Assembly (NCBI GenBank): GCA_013239625.1
Contig: MU054001.1
Coordinates: 1,181,884-1,245,883 of the forward strand
Direction of reading: 5' to 3'
DNA: 64,000 nucleotides
From: Lama guanicoe
Lineage: Eukaryota
Both the position numbers and the translations under genes were made by a program. The notes beneath the pieces are model-generated. The model saw nothing but the letters and a program-made list of their open reading frames with translations. It was not told the DNA's origin and did no database searches. Positions 59,791-64,000 of this stretch are shown piece by piece; positions within the stretch are counted from its first letter, which is position 1, and each line of letters starts with the position of its first letter.

Positions 59791-62700
59791 AAAGTGGTGG
59801 TGGGTAGGGGTGGCAATGCAGGAGCATAGGGCACCCTTAGCTTAAGATATTTAAACTGTAACCTTTGGCCATTAGACAGACTTGTGTTATTATACATGCT
59901 ATTATTCTGCCCTGGCCATCATTTTGGCTGCTTCCCAAATAATTATACATTGTCCTGAAAATACAGCACTTGACTCTAAGTGAGGGTGATCCCTTAATAG
60001 GCAGCAGGCGAGACTCAGAGATGGTTATCAGCTTCCTCTCTCCGGCGAGGAAGTTCAGGCCAGGAGGGCAGAGACTGGCTCAATTGCACAATAACTTCAT
60101 ATCAAAACACCTTTATTCTTCAGAGGGAAAACAAGTCACCAGTGGAGATAGAAAATCTGCCTTCTGAGCCCTAAAGGTGCCCTTCTAATCACTAAGACCG
60201 CGGGGGATGGCATGGTGCCTGGTAGGTGGTCTGATCCCCGCTCAACCAAAACAAAGCCTTCCTGCCTCATTTATTTACAATTTGAAATGTTCTTAATTTT
60301 TATTTCTCAAGTCGTAGAAAGACATGAGTGTAAGGTTTTTTTGGGCGGGTGGGGTGGAGTGGTTTGTTTTTCTTGTCTTGCTTTGTTTTTTAATCCAAGG
60401 ATCGACTTCTTTCTTCCTAGGGAATCGTCATTGAATTGCAACTCACTCGATATTATTAAGAATTCTGATCAGAGGTAAACATGCAAAACATTCAGCTGAG
60501 GGGATTAAGGCTCTTTGTTAGTGTTTACATTATCTGTTTTTAATTCCTATATATCCTTTCGTTATCTCAGTGTTTCAACACTAATTGCAAAACGGCCCTC
60601 ACCGGCGGTAATGAGCCCCGGACCTTTGCAGACCTCCAGACACAGCTCATCGTGTAGATAAGGCCGCCCCTTAACAAGGCTCTGGATCTGGATCAAGGTC
60701 TTTTACTGCTTTTCCACTTTCTTTGGCTCATCTGGCCTTCCAGAGGCTACACGGGCTCACTAAATCACAGAGTTCAGGGTGATAGCTCAGTCCGCTGAGA
60801 GTCTCTAAACTCAGACGAGTTCTAATGAAATGGATACGCTGTTCTTGGCTTCTTCAAGATACTTCCTGACTTCAAATGGATCAAGACTGAATCTCTGTAT
60901 GCCAGACCACCGATTCCACCTGGTGCCCAAGCAGGGCTGAAGCAAAACTGGGCCCTGTCCCCCAGTTAATCCTAGTTCACTGGTGTGAACTAATGCGAAA
61001 TTAAGCTCGTCCTAAAGATGTCAAGAATCGGGCACGACTCCTGAGATGGGTCTCCAGCTCTCCTTTCCGTGAATTTTCATGCTGCATTTTGGGTAAATAA
61101 CGCTCCCTGAGTTTTGCTTGCAGTGGAATCATCGTAAAGTGTCGAAGAGAAAGGAGGAGCTTTTATATTAATGGGACTGGTTCGACTGCTACTAAAGCTT
61201 ATTTTATTTAGCAAGAGAGGAGCTGAGTTCTATCTTTTCTTTCCTGTAGCCCCAGTTTTCCACTCAGCCGTCTCTACGGTTACAAATACCTTTTACTCTT
61301 TTTTCATTACCGACTCACCTACACATGGAAATGGTACCTATTTCATCTTTCTGTCTTGTCTCTTCCTGTATGCCCCATCCAGAGACTTAATTCAGAGGCC
61401 GTTGCTAAGCAACTATACATCATAGCAGCCAGTCACCAACTACTAATTGTCCTCAGCACTTTAGCCTTACAAATCTGGACTGCCTGCGACAATGGCAAGT
61501 AGTTTCGATGGCCAAAAAAGAGCCCAGAGGTTTCCGAGCTCAGTGAAGACAGAAGCACTAAAAACGAGGTACCACCATCTTGGCAGTAACAAAGACTTCC
61601 AGTCTCTTATACCCACCAAAGCGCACAGTTATAAACCCATCAGCCTGGCACTGTTCTCTGGTCCTGCTCACGAAATAAATCCAAAGTACGGCTGGAAATA
61701 GCTGAACTCAGGCACTGATGGAGACGTGGATAGTGGCGTTTCACACTCCCTCGCCTTCCTCCCCGCTGGCACCACCCGATTTCTACAGTTTCTAGTCGAA
61801 TTGAGGGTCTATCCGTAATCGAATTTCAGCCTCAATTTTATGGTGAGTGTAATGGAGTTAATTTCTCTAATGCTGGCAGTTCATGGACGGGGTCTCTGGT
61901 GGCCACACAGACCTGGGATTCGCAGCAGCTGTCAGAGATGCCGCTAAGGAATTCCTTATTAGCTAAGATGCAACCAGGCAGAAAACTCATTACACAGTGC
62001 TAAATATACTTAATCACATCTATTAGAGAAAAATGAACTTGATAATTACAACAAATAACTAAACTGCAGAAAGTGTTCAAGGAAGGAAAAAAAAAAAACC
62101 AACAACCCACACCAGGATCTAAGTAGACAGGGAGTGTGAGCTACAGAAGACTAAAGGGAAACCAGGAATGTTCCACTTGGTGCTGAAGGAGAAAACTGTC
62201 TCAAGGTAGGTGGAGCTGATTTAAGTTGCCCACGAAAATGACAAATTTCCATTTCAAACGTGCCCTTGTTTATGGGGTATATGTAAAATGTTAATTAGAA
62301 AGAAATCCTCGGAGGGTAAAGTGCTTTGTTTGTAGACTGGTTCCTGGTGCGATGGAGGGGCAGGCGGGGAGGGCTGGAAGGGGGCCTGCGGTAAACACTC
62401 CGTCTGACAAACAGACATCTCTAGTAACTCAGCTGCACACACGACTTCCCTGGAGCCTCACCAATGCTGAGGGTCAAATGTGTCTTTTTCTACCGTCACA
62501 AAGTTGCAGTCTCCGAGCTGGGGGACCTTTACCAATCCTTGGCTGAAGGGTATAGGTGAGGAACCCCAGAGGGCACGTTGCCAATCAGTGTTCCCAGTGC
62601 CTGACCTCACTCGAGAAAGAGTCACTCCCACCAGAGGTGGTTCAGGGCACTTCTGCTTCTGGTAGCGAGGCCACAGCCCCAAGTTCGCTCTGAGCTGAGA

Positions 62701-63399
62701 TCCAGCAGGAAAGGATCTTTGAAAACCCAGAGGAGAAGAGGAAAATTGGTCACATTAACCGTGACAGGTGTCGGACTTCCGGGAGAGAGAAGGGGAAGGT
62801 GCCCAGAGATAGGAGGGATCAGAATAAAGACGAAACAGGTGCTATCTTATCTGAGCGGCTAAGGAGAGCCTCCAGCACGTGTGATCAGCAAGGGCCAAAG
62901 CTGGCCAGAGCCTGGCAACATCCTCTCCACCGAGGGGCAGGACGGACACGCTTTTTAAGCACAGATGTGGCAAGATGGTTTCATCTCGGTCAAGTCCACC
63001 GAACAAAAATACACTGCTGTCACCTTTGGCCACGGACGGCAGCAGCAGCAGAGGCCCACCGACTCCGAACACTGGGGAAACCAAAAGTCAAGCCTGTGCA
63101 ACCACACGAGCAATGGAGCAGCCCTTTGCTCTTCTCATTCATATTTTAAAGGGACTGGAAACAGAAGCAGCGACTATGATTCCCCGACGGCATGCAAGTC
63201 TCCTGGTCAAAGAGGTCTATCTGCTTCCCTGTCTTGCTGTCTTGGTGGAATAGCCTTTGGCATAGGTGAGGGAGACTCTTGTTTTTGTCATCAACTCGGT
63301 CTATAACCTCATCCTACCTTCCCTCTGGAAAGCTCTCCATTCCAGACTCTTCGTCCCAGGGCTTCTAGGGCAGTCATCCCACTTCCCTTGCTGCCACCA

Positions 63400-63650
63400 A
63401 GGAAAATAAAACCTTGTGCTGGGAGCACCAGGACAAGGCCTCTGGCTTTCCCCTCGGGGTATGACTGAGGAAGCACAGAGCCTCGAGGGCTGCTGGCCAC
63501 CATCTTGTGACCAAGCGAGGAGAGGCTGGCAGCGGGGCCAGCACTAAGCAGAACACAGGGCATGACCACCTCATTTGAACCCAAGGACATACCTACAAAT
63601 ATTCTTGACCTTTTCAAACACATGAGCCGATAAAGCGTCTTCCCCACGAC
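63400..63650 (+). mobile_element. Probable MLT1-type LTR fragment
   Basis: gctgctggccaccatcttgtgacca and ttttcaaacacatgagccgataaa resemble MLT1 LTR segments. Confidence 0.45.
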
Positions 63651-64000
63651 CTCCCCACACATCCCAGTCAGGCTCTTCCCCCAGTTTCAACTGAAAGGCC
63701 CGGTAGAGCCCACTGCCAACCACAGTGCCTCCCACGGCCTTAGCCTTCCCTTTGAAGAGGAATGGACAGGGGAGAAGCTCGTGGCTTTAAGTCCAGATGC
63801 CCTGGGAACAGGCATTTCAGAACCACAGCACGGCGATCACCAGGCCCTTAGAGCTGGTGGAGAGATCAGGGGACGTGGGACTATCAGCCCAAACCAGCCA
63901 CCCAGCTGCACTGTGTTTCATCACGTATCAATTTTTACTGAAAAGAAAACCATACAAATTTAATCAGCTTTTCATATGGAAATATTTAACTTTTTTCCCC

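Larger units (their letters stand above)
12386..64000 (-). other. FTO: Distal part of the FTO last intron (intron 8 in human numbering; continues beyond the window)
   Basis: Lies upstream of the terminal-exon acceptor. No sequence encoding the preceding FTO exon (..LTARQNLRREWHAR) was recognised in the window. This intron is known to be very long in mammals. Confidence 0.88.

Noticed and set aside
60973..60992. Hairpin tagttcac-tggt-gtgaacta
   Set aside because: An 8-bp stem is expected several times by chance in 64 kb and is too short for a pre-miRNA.
1..64000. CRISPR arrays, operons, prokaryotic defence or other novel multi-gene systems, snoRNA/miRNA genes
   Set aside because: The sequence is mammalian intron/UTR/intergenic DNA. 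I saw no regularly spaced repeats, gene-dense coding or recognisable small-RNA genes. An Infernal/Rfam scan would be needed to exclude small RNAs formally.

Overview
Mammalian genomic DNA, most likely from a camelid (alpaca/vicuna/llama/camel). This is inferred from three tRNA-Ala-derived vic-1-type SINEs and artiodactyl-type L1 3' ends; I recognised no Alu, B1/B2, Bov-A/BovB or PRE-1. The window holds the 3' end of FTO (RNA m6A/m6Am demethylase) on the minus strand. The terminal coding exon is 12385->12232 and encodes [10 protein letters not shown]...GLLLEAKP*. A repeat-rich 3' UTR probably runs down to about 10015. Positions 12386-64000 are the distal part of the very long last intron (intron 8 in human numbering). 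Positions 1-10000 are downstream flank, toward IRX3 by mammalian synteny. The rest is ancient repeats (MIR, L2, L1M, MLT1, hAT-Charlie and Tigger MITEs), a few young lineage-specific insertions, and many repeat-free, homeodomain-motif-dense blocks that look like conserved enhancers of the FTO/IRX3-IRX5 regulatory block. All other ORF-track entries appear spurious. I found no evidence of a wholly new biological system. The most testable leads are: an in-frame 54-nt candidate cassette exon in the last intron; a probably transposon-derived FTO poly(A) signal; a young internally primed 68-bp L1 insertion with a perfect 16-bp TSD; and several candidate enhancers. Repeat family names and human comparisons come from recognition by eye and memory, and repeat boundaries are approximate.
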